A DNA stretch of 64,000 nt from Octopus vulgaris (taxonomy: Eukaryota), in assembly GCA_951406725.2 (NCBI GenBank), contig OX597835.1, forward strand, positions 39,060,001 through 39,124,000. The letters run 5' to 3'. Position numbers and translations under genes: made by a program. This document shows, piece after piece, positions 1 through 13,198 of the stretch. Under the pieces are notes generated by a model. That model was given only the letters and a program-made list of their open reading frames with translations, had not been told where the DNA came from and did no database searches. Numbering within the stretch: position 1 is the first letter of the stretch; each line of letters begins with the position of its first letter.

Positions 1-130
1 TGGTGGTGGTGGTGGTGGTGATGGTGGTGGTGGTGGTGGTGATGGTGGTGATGGTGGCGGCGGAGGTGGCAGCGGTAGTGGTTGTGGCGGAGTTGGTTGT
101 TGTGGTGTTCGCTGTGGTAATGGTGGTGAG
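1..130. repeat. (GGT)n/(GAT) trinucleotide low-complexity repeat
   Basis: Direct reading: tggtggtggt... with interspersed gat/gcg units. Confidence 0.95.
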
Positions 131-163
131 GCTATGTTACTACACGATTTAGATATATGTCTA

Positions 164-720
<557 letters not shown>

Positions 721-953
721 TTAACGATCTAAATTAAAGATCAATAAAATAAGTGGCAGACTGAAATAGGTTCTGGGGTCGATACGATCGACTGAAATAA
801 ACCTTTGAAGGCTCTGCTCCAGCATGGCCTCAGTCCAAGTTCTTAAAGCTGTAAAACAATAAACGAACATAAAATATATTCGCGCGTGTATATGTGTATA
901 CACACTGACACGTTTGTGTGTGTCTCTCTCTCTTTCTGTGTATGCACCTGCAG

Positions 954-1007
<54 letters not shown>

Positions 1008-1068
1008 TGAGAGAGAGAGATATATAGATATATATACATACATACACTCACACACACACACACACACG

Positions 1069-1151
<83 letters not shown>

Positions 1152-1933
1152 ATACACCCAGACATACGACTGCCGTGTAGAATTTCGTGAAATCCACTCA
1201 ATTACCCAAATGGAAAAAAAAATGGTGCGATATTACGAGGTAATATTCGCACACTGCGCGCGCACTTAGACGAGCACGCTCACACACACACACATTTGCA
1301 AGTATTCAGTTACACACTCCATTTATCAGCCACACACAAATTTCGCAGATAAACCCATATACACACACCTACAAATGAGGCGCAATGGCATGTCCACATT
1401 TCTATATACGCATTTTACACGTATACATACATATATAAATACACTCACACATACACATAAACACACACATCCATACACATACACGCTCTCTCGCTCTGTC
1501 TCTCTCTCTCTCTCACACATACATACACACACACACAAGAAAATCTGTCAGTCTCGCGTACACGCATGCAGAGATACACACACCTATTCATGCATGAACA
1601 ATTTCGCAAGCACTCATACACATTTGGGGAAACACACGCTTGCACTTTGCACTTATGCATATAATTACACACACACACATACACACATACATACACACAT
1701 ACACACATACACACATACATACACACATACACACATACACACACACACATACAGACAGACATGTATAAACTAACAAGTGCACAGCCGTATACGTACATTT
1801 TCAGAAATATATTCATATACATCTGTCAAATGTCATAAACACATCAACTATCCGTCAAGCATGAATGCAAACACGCATCCAGAGAAAGACAAAATTTACA
1901 CGTGTGTTGGTGTATATATGTTTGTCTATATAT

Positions 1934-2208
1934 AGGCGCAGGCGTGGTTGCGTGTGAAGAAGCGTATTTCCCAACCACTTAGTTCCGGGTTCAGTCCCAC
2001 TGCGTGGCACTTAGGGGCAAGTGTCTTCAACTAAAGGTTCGGGTTGACCGAAGTATTCTGAATCAATTTGGCAGACGGAAAATGAAAGAACCCTGTCGTA
2101 TACATATATACATACATACATACATACACACATACATTTATATATGATGATGATTTATTTTGAATGAAACAGTTCTAGTCCTGTAGAAGCTCCTTCTATA
2201 AAATAAAT

Positions 2209-2272
<64 letters not shown>

Positions 2273-2612
2273 TAGTGATACTAGTTGCGGATTCTAGCTC
2301 GCTCTGATACTGAGTTGAGTTGATGCCTTCTAGTATCTCAAAATTATATATAATATTTATGATTATATATATAGTTTTCGGTAAGATAGTATTTAATATA
2401 ATATGCATTCCTAAAAATATTTATACGTCCGTAGATACTTAAAATATGATAGATTGCCGTCAATTCATTCTCTTACCTGTTTGTGTCTGCCTTCCAATTG
2501 CTGTTTTTACTGAGATCTCCTTTTAGTAGAAGAAATAGCTATAACTCTTTGACTGCTATTTCTAAATTCGGTATGTGGTAAGGCAATTCGTTGCTAAACC
2601 CTTTATTGTTAG

Positions 2613-2704
<92 letters not shown>

Positions 2705-3005
2705 TACATGCATACGTATATATTATATGTTTCTCTCTAAATATATATATGCGTGTGTGTGTGTTATGTTATATTTATGTATGTGCCTGAGTTTGTCACC
2801 TCGTCACCGCTTGACATCTGGTGTTGGTGTGTTTGCGTCCCCACCGTAATTTAGAGGTTTGGCAAAACAGACCGATAAAGTAAGTGTTAGGCTTACAAAG
2901 AATAAATCCTGGAGTTGATATCTTCGACTAAAAAAAGCACATTGATGCGGTTGCGGTGCTCCAGTATGGCAGCTACCAAATGATAGAAACAAGTGAAACA
3001 ATAAA
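1934..3005 (+). mobile_element. tRNA-derived SINE family A (old copy), split by ~650 bp of inserted material in its internal microsatellite
   Basis: Head ggcgcaggcgtggttgcg...ccgggttcagtcccactgcgtggcac (1934-2098) and 3' half cgcttgac...gctccagtatggc...gaaacaagt (2790-3005) match the family consensus seen at 28197-28605. Confidence 0.85.
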
Positions 3006-3129
3006 ATAATAAAGAATATTTTATATACATATATATTATAATATAAATAATATATATATATATATATATGTGCATAGATACATACGTACATGTACATACT
3101 GACATCTATATTTATATACACATGCATAT

Positions 3130-3840
3130 ATGTTTACAGGACGTCAAGAACATGAATTACAAAAGCATGGAAAACGAACATTTCATTTTAACAATGAAAG
3201 AAACAAATCGAAAAATGAGACAAGCAACATAAAGAACAATCCCTTCGTCAGTCATCCACTGTTTTATCCACTCCGCATTTCGAGCATTAGGACAAGATGC
3301 GTCTTCATCAAAACAGTCTTCCTGCAAAGTAAATTAAATAAAATTTGGGATTTGCGGAGAGTTAAAGTGATAACAAAAACAGGACAGTTAAAACAAACGG
3401 TAAATGCTGTTAAGCCATAACGAGGTGAAGTAGTAAATGCTGGAGAACAAGCTTTGACAGGAGACAGAAGAAAATACGTGCTATCTCTTGTAGCTGAACG
3501 AGAAAAAGAAAGAAATTCGAGTTAGAAGAAAGATGGCCGCTGGTCACGTGTGAGCAACGAGACAGTCAAGGAGGAAGTGTGAGGGAGAGAGAGGGACAGA
3601 TAGAGAACGATGAAGGGGAGGGAAAGAATTAGTGAAAGGCTGGGACAGAAAAAAAGAATAGAGAAAAAGGTAGAGAGAGAGAAAAAATATATATATAGTT
3701 GAAATTTACAGAAAAACAAAAGACGAAGACAGGCTTATAAGCACCAAGCAGGTGTATTAGTTTGACGCTCGGGAAGGTGAGAAAGTCTCTTACGTTTCGA
3801 GCCTACGCTCTTCAAGTGAAAGGAACACAAGGAAATATAT
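3130..3840 (-). mobile_element. Penelope-like element 3' UTR/terminal-repeat modules carrying hammerhead-like motifs
   Basis: 3130-3600 is the reverse complement of the repeat at ~34180-34770; lies downstream (minus strand) of the GIY-YIG fragment at 4749-4922; hammerhead-like cores at 3258-3317 and 3787-3822. Confidence 0.6.
3787..3822 (-). ncRNA. Degenerate minimal hammerhead ribozyme motif (GAGC-stem family)
   Basis: Minus strand CTTT-CACTTGA-A-GAGC gtag GCTC-GAA-ACGT-A-AGAG; core CUGANGA box mutated. Confidence 0.45.
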
Positions 3841-3952
3841 AGAGCACACACACATATATATATGCACACGCACACACACACACACATGTATGTATGTATG
3901 TATGTATGTATGTATGCATGTATGTATGTATGTATGTATGTGTGTGTGTATG

Positions 3953-3986
<34 letters not shown>

Positions 3987-4113
3987 TGCATGTATATATA
4001 TATTCGTTTACACAATTATACTTATATACGGAATCAAACATTTATGTATAAATGTATATTCATACAAAACAACACGCTTGTGTGTGTGTGTCTGTGTGTG
4101 TGAATGTGTGTAT

Positions 4114-4170
<57 letters not shown>

Positions 4171-4431
4171 TGTGTATGTGTGTGTGTACAATAGTTTTGC
4201 ACATAAAGCGAATGTCTTAAAGAAACTTCCGAAATAAATAGAACACGCACACACACACACACACGACGTCAGGTATTTCAGATGACTCAGACGAACACAC
4301 AGACACACGGGGTGTATATAACAGTGTCTTTGTACAAACATCACATAACTATAAGCAGTCAGTCATGAATAAATGAATAAATCACACACCCATACCAGCA
4401 ATCGCTGCACACACACACACACACACACAGA

Positions 4432-4528
<97 letters not shown>

Positions 4529-4748
4529 TTATGTATGTATCTATAGATATGTATATATACATGCATATACATGCATACACATGCACACACATATGTATGT
4601 TTGTGTGACGATGAAGGGGGGAGAAGAAGTGGGTAGGAGTGAAGAGAAGAGAGAACGAGAGTAGGAGTGAATAGAAGTAGGAGTCGGAGCACGAGAGGAG
4701 AGGTGGGTGGGAGGAAGTAGGTGTGAGGAGAGAGGCGACGGGAGGAGG

Positions 4749-4922
4749 TTACTTGAAGAGGGGAGGAGACTTGATCCCATGTGTCGCAAAAGATCGAAGA
4801 GAGAAGATTGATCCCTGTTCACGGCGCAAACGGGAGCCCGAATGGCCCCCTGTGAACGGACAGATGTTGCAAAAGTGACCGGTAGAGCGGGATTGGCGCG
4901 AGACCAAGGTGTCATTGCCACA
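4749..4922 (-). pseudogene. Penelope-like element GIY-YIG endonuclease C-terminal fragment
   Basis: Manual minus-strand translation across a frameshift: GNDTLVSRQSRSTGH ... GHSGSRLRREQGSIFSLRSFATHGIKSPPLFK*, matching the PLE pattern PV.RHF...H / R..RE...I..L.....GIN. Confidence 0.7.
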
Positions 4923-5294
4923 GGATATAGCTTAATTTTACATTATTTTGCATTATTTTGCCACAGGATATAGCTTAAATTTTGCATTATTTTGAAGATT
5001 TTTTTGCACTTTCCATTTATGCAGTCTTGTGGTTAATCTATTTAGCATTAAATGTGATATTATAAATTATTTACATGTTTTCAAGTTACGAAACAATTTG
5101 TCGTGATATTAGAATTTTCATACTGTTAAATAAAATTTCATCAAACTGCTTCATTTATGATTTTATTGTATTCTCTTGTATCGTACTATGTATTGTATAT
5201 GTTTTGTAGAATGATACGTTAAGGAGGTTTTAATTATGAGTACTACCGGATTACTTGAATCCATATAATGATACTTAAATTTATATATATATAA

Positions 5295-5460
5295 CCGTGA
5301 CCGACCAGGCTATCAGATGTTGCTACACATCGCTGGTCACAATGCGCTTCGCATTGTTTTAGCCTTCAAATGACGCCACCCCGCTGGCTAAGCGAGCAGG
5401 CCAACAGAAGAAAGAGTGAGAGAAAGTTGTGGCGAAAGAGTACAGCAGGCGAAGAGTACA
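5295..5460 (-). mobile_element. SINE family C 3' fragment
   Basis: gaccgaccaggctatcagatgttgctacacatcgctggtcacaatgcg... near-identical to 10910-11060 and 42530-42680. Confidence 0.85.
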
Positions 5461-5563
5461 GCTATGTGTATGTATGTCGCTGTGTATATGTATATGCTCA
5501 CACACACACATATATATGTATTTATATGTGCGTGCGTATATATATGTATGTATTTATATATGC

Positions 5564-5612
<49 letters not shown>

Positions 5613-6080
5613 TATATATATGAAAGTATGTATTTATATATGTATGTATATATATATGTATATATGTATATATATCCATATGTGTATGCATGTATGTATG
5701 TATACATTTGTGATACATTCTTGGTGTGAGGATAAATATTTCCTGGACATAACGACAATATTCCTGTATGCAAAAGTTTAGCACAGTCATAAAAATAAAT
5801 AAGAATGAGAAATAGCTGAAGTGAAATGAAATGGGAAAATAAATCAGTGTCAAATTGAAGCGCAAAAGAAAACCGGATCCATGTCCAAGGAAACGATATA
5901 TTAGTTTAATATTAATACATCTTATTCTATGGATTTCTGATTTCGCTGTATAGATATGAGTCGTTTTGGCACCGCTTATTTGGCGTCGCCCATTTGGCGC
6001 TAACATGTTTGACATCAAACGCTTTGATGTTTCTCTAGTTCGTTTCCCTCCCTGTTTCTCCTTCTCTCTCTCCCCATTTG

Positions 6081-6146
<66 letters not shown>

Positions 6147-6152
6147 CATTTG

Positions 6153-6216
<64 letters not shown>

Positions 6217-6497
6217 CTTAGAACATACTTCTTTTTATGTGTATGACGAGAGGGAAAATGGTTATGCCCATCGTATACAACAAATAAATTGTAATGTCCT
6301 TCTCTCCCACTCTCTCTTTCTCTTCCTCTATCTATCCCTACTTCTCTCTCTCTCGCTCTCCCTCTCTCTCTCTCTATCTATCTATCTATCTTTTAATCTA
6401 TCTCCATTTACCTATCTTCCTCTATCTCCACCCAACTATTTATTTCTCTACGTCTATCCCTCCCCATTTCTCTCTCTCCCTCTCTCCATCTCTCCCC

Positions 6498-6530
<33 letters not shown>

Positions 6531-6864
6531 CCTCTACCTATATCTCTTCCCATCCATCTATCTCCCCCCCTATCTCTCCCCATCTATCTGAGAGGATGAA
6601 AGACCTAATTTATATAACAGCTCTTCTTTTATCTATATATGACTTGGGTTATTCCATGTTGTCGATGAATAAGGGGTGAAACTACCTTTTACGTATTTTT
6701 CCCAACCGGCTTATGTATTTTCTATGAAATTCTTTGGTTCTATACGCAAAATATGCATGAAAACTGTGGCCCACGTCCGCTTGTTTTTATGTATATCCTG
6801 CTCTGTGCATAGAAGAGGGATCTAGCAATGAAATTTGAGAGCTTTATATTGATATTTCTAGATA

Positions 6865-7300
6865 AGGCGGCGAGATGGCAGAATCGTTAGCGCGCTGGAC
6901 GAAATGCTTAGCCGTATTTTGCCCGTCGCAACGTTCTGAGTTCAAATTCCCCCGAGGTCGACTTTAAGGCGACGAGCTGGCAGAAACGTTAGCACGCCAG
7001 GCGAAATGCTTAGGAGTATTTCGTCTGTATTTACGTTCTGAGTTCAAATTCCACCGAGGTCGACTTTAAGGTGGCGAGCTGGCAGACACGTTAGCACGCC
7101 AGGCGAAATGCTTAGGAGTATTTCGTCTGTCTTTATGTTCAGAGTTCAAATTCCACCGAGGTCGACTTTGCCTTACATCCTTTCGGAGTCGATAAATAAA
7201 GTACCAGTTACGCACTGGGGTCGATATAATCGACTTAATACCTTTGTCTGTCCTTGTTTGTCCCCTCTGTGTTTAGCCCCTTGTGAGCAATAAAGAAGCA
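6865..7300 (+). mobile_element. SINE family B (tRNA head + Nin/Deu-like central domain) with three tandem heads, flanked by a 22-bp TSD
   Basis: Three 101-bp head units starting 6865, 6966, 7067 (aggcggcgagctggcaga...gttcaaattcc.ccgaggtcgacttt), then one body; TSD tttatattgatatttctagata at 6843-6864 and 7301-7322. Confidence 0.9.
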
Positions 7301-7324
7301 TTTATATTGATATTTCTAGATATT

Positions 7325-7515
7325 TCTTGCTGCATGTGCGACTGTACGGCAAGAAGCGTTCATCCCAAGCACAGTCTTTCGGGTTCAGTCCTACTGTGTG
7401 GCACTTTGCGCAAGTGTCTTCTACTGTAACCTCGGGTCAACCAAAGCCTTGTGAGTGGATTTCGTAGACGGAAACTGAAAGGCCGTCGTATATGTGTGTT
7501 TGTTTATATGTATGT

Positions 7516-7575
<60 letters not shown>

Positions 7576-7690
7576 CTTTATATCTGTGATTGTCTCCTAC
7601 CACTACTTGACGACCGGTGTTGGTGTGTTTACATCCCCGTAACTTAGCGGTTCGACAAAAGACACCGATAGAATAAATGCCAGTCTTTAA
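7325..7690 (+). mobile_element. SINE family A copy
   Basis: gggttcagtcctactgtgtggcac...gagtggatttcgtagacggaaactgaaag-(GT)n-...aacttagcggttcgacaaaagacaccgatagaataa. Confidence 0.85.
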
Positions 7691-7893
7691 AAAATGACGG
7701 TATAAACTCGTCACTCACTAATCACGAGACGGGTATGTTCGGCTTACCCGACTCTTAGGAATACTCAGCCGCTTAAATAGTAATCCGCTGAACAATTGAA
7801 CCTTCATCCAACAAAACGATGGAAAACCATTCATTCGCCGATGCATGTATGCACATGATGTGTGTGTGTGTGTATGTGTGAGTGCATGTATGC

Positions 7894-7955
<62 letters not shown>

Positions 7956-7974
7956 ACATGTTTACATGTATGTA

Positions 7975-8010
<36 letters not shown>

Positions 8011-8025
8011 CATGTGTGTATATAT

Positions 8026-8077
<52 letters not shown>

Positions 8078-8227
8078 GCACACACATATGCAAAGAAGTA
8101 TGTGTGTGCGTATATATAGGCACACATATACATGACAAACACACAGCTTCATATCCTATAAAACACGTATTGAGCACTCCATTCTCATCCGTTCTACATT
8201 AAGCAACGTATGTGCGTGTAGATATAT

Positions 8228-8302
<75 letters not shown>

Positions 8303-9050
8303 CGTACACACACACGTATATAATATGTATGCATATATATATACATACACACACAAACACACGCATACACACGCATACACACACGTGTAAAGATCGAGAG
8401 AAAGAGAGATACAAAAGGGAGAGACAGAGTGAAATATATATTAAAGTTGTATAGCTTCCTATGAATCGTTGCGAAATAAGAGTTGAAAGGGATTTAAAGG
8501 CCCTTATCAAGAGAAAATGAAGACTGGGTTTCGCTCTGATCTTTCCAGATATATAGGGATATCTCGGCTGATCACAGTAAAGCTTGGTTTCTATTTACCG
8601 TTGATAAGAGCCTTTTAAAAGTTAGAATACGTTATGTAAGGAGAATACGTAAGCCTTTGTTGCTATGATTTCGTTTTTTTATCCATTTATTTATTATTAA
8701 TGTTATTTTTTATATCATGTTTTCCCCCAATCTTTTATATCCTACTTGCATTGTGGTCGTTTTTCTAAAAGATTTTAAAATCTACTTCGCAACGTTTCAT
8801 ATAAACTATAACAACTTTAATATTTCTCTCTGCTTTTTCCCCCTTTTTCTATTTCCCTTCTTTCTTTCCCTTCTCCTTTCTGTCCCCTCTCTCTCTACAC
8901 CCTTTCTCACTTTCTATCTGTTTGTCTTCCACTATACCTCTCTTTCTCATAATAATATATATACATACATAGATGCATACATACATACATACATACATAC
9001 ATACATACATACATACATACAGATACATCCATATTAATAATATACATATA

Positions 9051-9295
<245 letters not shown>

Positions 9296-9687
9296 ATATA
9301 TACAAAATTATACATGCGTGTGTGTATATATATATATGTATATATTTATATATGTATATATGTGTATATGTATATATATGTATATGTATTCATATATTTG
9401 CGTGTGTCAATACACAATGTTTTTTGTACGCGGGCGCATGTGTGTGCGTGTGTGCATATATGCATCTATATACATATCTATGTGTATATATGTAACTGTT
9501 AATGTAAAGATCCATAAACCAAACCGTCATAGTCACTAGAAGAAACATTTCGAGAATAATGGCGCCTATATTTTTGATAGTTTCAAAGTAATATGTTTTT
9601 GGTCAAAGTCATACACACAAAGGAGAGATAAAGATGAGGTGTAAAGCAAAACCATTTTAGGATGACGCTCAGGAAAAATGGAAGACG

Positions 9688-9723
9688 GTTTGACGTTTCG
9701 AGCCTACGCACTTCTACAGAAAC
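9688..9723 (-). ncRNA. Minimal hammerhead ribozyme motif, variant core
   Basis: Minus strand GTTT-CTGTAGA-A-GTGC gtag GCTC-GAA-ACGT-C-AAAC: 4-bp stem I, palindromic ACGT stem III, GUC site; A6 replaced by U. Confidence 0.55.
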
Positions 9724-9918
9724 GATATAAGAAAAAAGAAAAAAAAAAGGAAACCGAAAAAAAGTGTCTGAATTAAACCTTGAAAATCCGCTGAAATATA
9801 TGTCTGCATGTATGTATGTATGTATGTATGTATGTATGTATGTATGTATGTATGTATGTATGTATGTATGTATGTATGTATGTATGTATGTATGTATGTA
9901 TGTATGTATGTATGTATG

Positions 9919-10026
<108 letters not shown>

Positions 10027-10125
10027 ATCCAAACAAGAAAACAGAAAAAAAGAGAAAAAAACACAGCAACGCAGGACGTGGAACAATTAAAGTATTATTG
10101 ACGCTCAGGAAAGAAGGGAAGGAGG

Positions 10126-10160
10126 GTTTAACGTTTCGAGCATAGCTCTTCGTCGGAAAC
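10126..10160 (-). ncRNA. Minimal hammerhead ribozyme motif
   Basis: Minus strand GTTT-CCGACGA-A-GAGC tat GCTC-GAA-ACGT-T-AAAC: stem I GTTT/AAAC, perfect stem II, palindromic stem III, GUU site, U4C variant. Confidence 0.65.
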
Positions 10161-10264
10161 AAGGAGAAGGAAAGATCCCAAGAAGGGAAGACAGAGGAAA
10201 AAATATTTGAGCTGGTGGTGCTCAAGAGATCACATGTTGAAAGCATATATATATATGTGTGTGT

Positions 10265-10304
<40 letters not shown>

Positions 10305-10443
10305 ATATGTGTGTGTGTGTGTGTGTGTATACATATAGATAGATAGATAGATAGACAGATGGAAATTAGTAGTGTCAGTTTCCAGTAGCTACTAAAACTG
10401 TTGAGTATATAAGCAGATTGGAATTGGTCAAATCCATGTAGAC

Positions 10444-10486
10444 GCCTCTGATGAGAATCCAATAAGATTTGAAAATCGATTAAGGT
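10444..10486 (+). ncRNA. Minimal type I hammerhead ribozyme (canonical core)
   Basis: GCCT-CTGATGA-GAATC caataa GATTT-GAA-AATCGATT-A-AGGT: stem I GCCT/AGGT, 5-bp stem II, 8-nt palindromic stem III, UUA site after 10482. Confidence 0.75.
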
Positions 10487-10587
10487 TGTTCGGTTCTTTG
10501 TCTTTTTTCAGTGTATGGAGAAATAGCTGAATTAACTTTGTTTATATAACTACGATTTAGGTTGTGTGTGTGTGTATATATATATAA

Positions 10588-10868
10588 TGACCATGGGATT
10601 GCACCTAGAAAGTTACCCTCCTAGACACAAGGTTGTTTTAATGGAAGACCATGCATACCGGCCTCCCCTCTCCACGCCACCAGTGTTATCCAAGGGAAAA
10701 ACAAAGGTCGATACAGCTTGGCACCAGTGACGTCGCAACTCATTTCTACAGCTGAGTGAACTGGAGCAACGTGAAATAAAGTGCCTTGCTCAAGAACACA
10801 ACACGCAGCCCGGTCCGGGATTCGAGCTCACAACCTCACGATCGTAAGCTCGACACTCTAACCACTGA

Positions 10869-10872
<4 letters not shown>
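10588..10872 (-). mobile_element. SINE family D (tRNA head + MetaSINE-like central domain)
   Basis: Minus strand tggctcagtggttagagtgtcgagc...tcgaatcccggaccggg (A/B boxes), then ttcttgagcaaggcactttatttcacgttgctccagttcactcagctgtagaaatgag; also at 21855-22045 and 22995-23100. Confidence 0.8.
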
Positions 10873-10897
<25 letters not shown>

Positions 10898-10905
<8 letters not shown>

Positions 10906-11198
10906 ATCACGTGGCCGACCAGACCATCAGATGTTGCTACACATCGCTGGTCACAATGCGTTCGCATTGTTTTAGCCTTCGAATGACGCCACCCCGCTGG
11001 CTAAGCGAGCAGGCCAACAGACGAAAGAGTGAGAGAAAGAGTGGTGAAGAGTACAGCAGGGATCACACCCCCTGCCGGAGACTTGTGGAGGTTTTGAGTA
11101 TTTTCGCTCAATAAACACACACAACGCCCGGTCTGGGAATCGAAACCGCGATCCTACGACCGCGAGTCCGCTGCCCTAACCACTGGGCCATTGCGCCT

Positions 11199-11200
<2 letters not shown>
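10898..11200 (-). mobile_element. SINE family C, full length (tRNA-Arg-like head)
   Basis: Minus strand ggaggcgcaaTGGCCCAGTGGttagggcagcggacTCGcggtcgtaggatcgcgGTTTCGATTCCcagaccggg: A box, TCG anticodon-like loop, B box. Confidence 0.9.
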
Positions 11201-11246
<46 letters not shown>

Positions 11247-11739
11247 GTGTGTGTGTGTATGTGTGTATGTATATATGTATGTATATATGTATGTATGTAT
11301 GTATATATGCATGTATATATGTATGTATATATATAAGTATAGTGAGGCGTGCACGCGCACATACGCATGCATCATACACATATACATATCTGCGTGTAGA
11401 ATTCGTCATGTGTGTCATATGACGTATGTCATGTGATGTGCAGCGTTTTACGTGCTAGCACATGAAAAAGATATCTGACGCCATTAATATCCTGGAATAG
11501 TTTGAATTAAATGCTTGAGTCTGTGGTAATGGAACTTTTAAATTCATCGCGATAGCTTCCTGTTTCTTTCATTGCAACAACAGTAAGGTGCGGGGGTGGG
11601 GTGGGGTGGGGCGGGGTGGGGATTTGACTGAGTCGTTCGGGAGCCTGATAGAATACTAGCAGCATTTGTTTTGATTTTCACTAGTAATTAGTTCAAATCT
11701 CGTAGTTGTCAGCTTTGCTATTATTCTTTCAGGTTCAAT

Positions 11740-12235
<496 letters not shown>

Positions 12236-12747
12236 GTACCCGTCGGAAGCGGATACAAACACACACACACGCATGTACATATATGTGCATATATATATAT
12301 ATATGCGTATGTATGTTCATGTGTGTGTACGTGTGTTTATACGTGTGTAAATTTTATGCGTACGTATGTATGTGTGTGTATGCGTGTGTCTGTGAGTGTA
12401 TGTGTGTTTATTTATATCCACAACGGACTTTCACAGTTTCCGTCTATCACTCACAAGGCATTGGTCGGCCCGGGGCTATAATAGAAGATATTTGCCCAAA
12501 GTGCCATGTAGTGGGACTGAACCAGAAAACTCGTGATTATGTCTTTTGAGAATATCATAGCTCGGTCAAATTTACAATTATTATGTTCTAAGAAAGGAGA
12601 AAACTAAGAATATTTTAAGAGACACAACCATTTTAGATACCACTGTGTACATTCTTAATACAATCCGACTGATTTGAACGCGAATATCCTAATCACTGCG
12701 GTATTTCCTCATCGAAGGACATATTCCTTCAGACGAATATATGTTTA

Positions 12748-13111
12748 CTAGCACTATGACCCGGCAACGCCAGGTCATAGTGCTAGTGCATGCATATACA
12801 GCTGCGTGCGTGTGCACATACACGTGAGTACTGTCCAAATCTCCGACCAATCACATACAGCTAGCTGGCATTCAATTGGCGTATCAAGTTTCGAGCATTT
12901 TGATTGGATTTTGGATAGAAAATTCACAAAAAAGTCACTTCTATTGATCTTTTAATGGCTTTGCGGGGAGACTGGGGAAATGTAAAGATATGCACGACCA
13001 CCCTTGGACGGTTTTAAATGACCATAGAAAGTACGAGCCCTCTAACTGAAAAATTGTGGATTTGTATAAAGGACACACACACAGACATTTTGCTGTTTAT
13101 ATATAGAGAGA
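12748..13111 (-). mobile_element. Non-autonomous Helitron (364 bp)
   Basis: Minus strand begins A|TCtctctatatataaacagcaaaatgtctgtgtg and ends with hairpin cctggcgttgccggg followed by tcatagtgCTAG|T; inserted between A and T with no TSD. Confidence 0.8.
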
Positions 13112-13117
13112 TAACAC

Positions 13118-13198
13118 GTTTTATCCGTTCTGGTAGGGTTTTATCCGTTCTGGTAGGGTTTTATCCGTTCTGGTAGGGTTTTATCCGTTTTGCTAGGG
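13118..13198. repeat. 20-bp tandem repeat x4 (gttttatccgttctggtagg)
   Basis: Three identical units plus one with 2 substitutions; no spacers. Confidence 0.9.

Noticed and set aside
8598-8642. TTGATAA-GAGC...GAAT-ACGT degenerate hammerhead (similar at 5232-5265)
   Set aside because: Three or more core mismatches; cannot be separated from chance in AT-rich DNA
11125-11200. tRNA-Arg gene (also 42750-42822, 53611-53690)
   Set aside because: A/B boxes are present but the acceptor stem is poor and the sequence continues into a SINE body with multiple copies
13118-13198. CRISPR-like direct repeats
   Set aside because: Units are contiguous with no spacers, no cas genes, eukaryotic context
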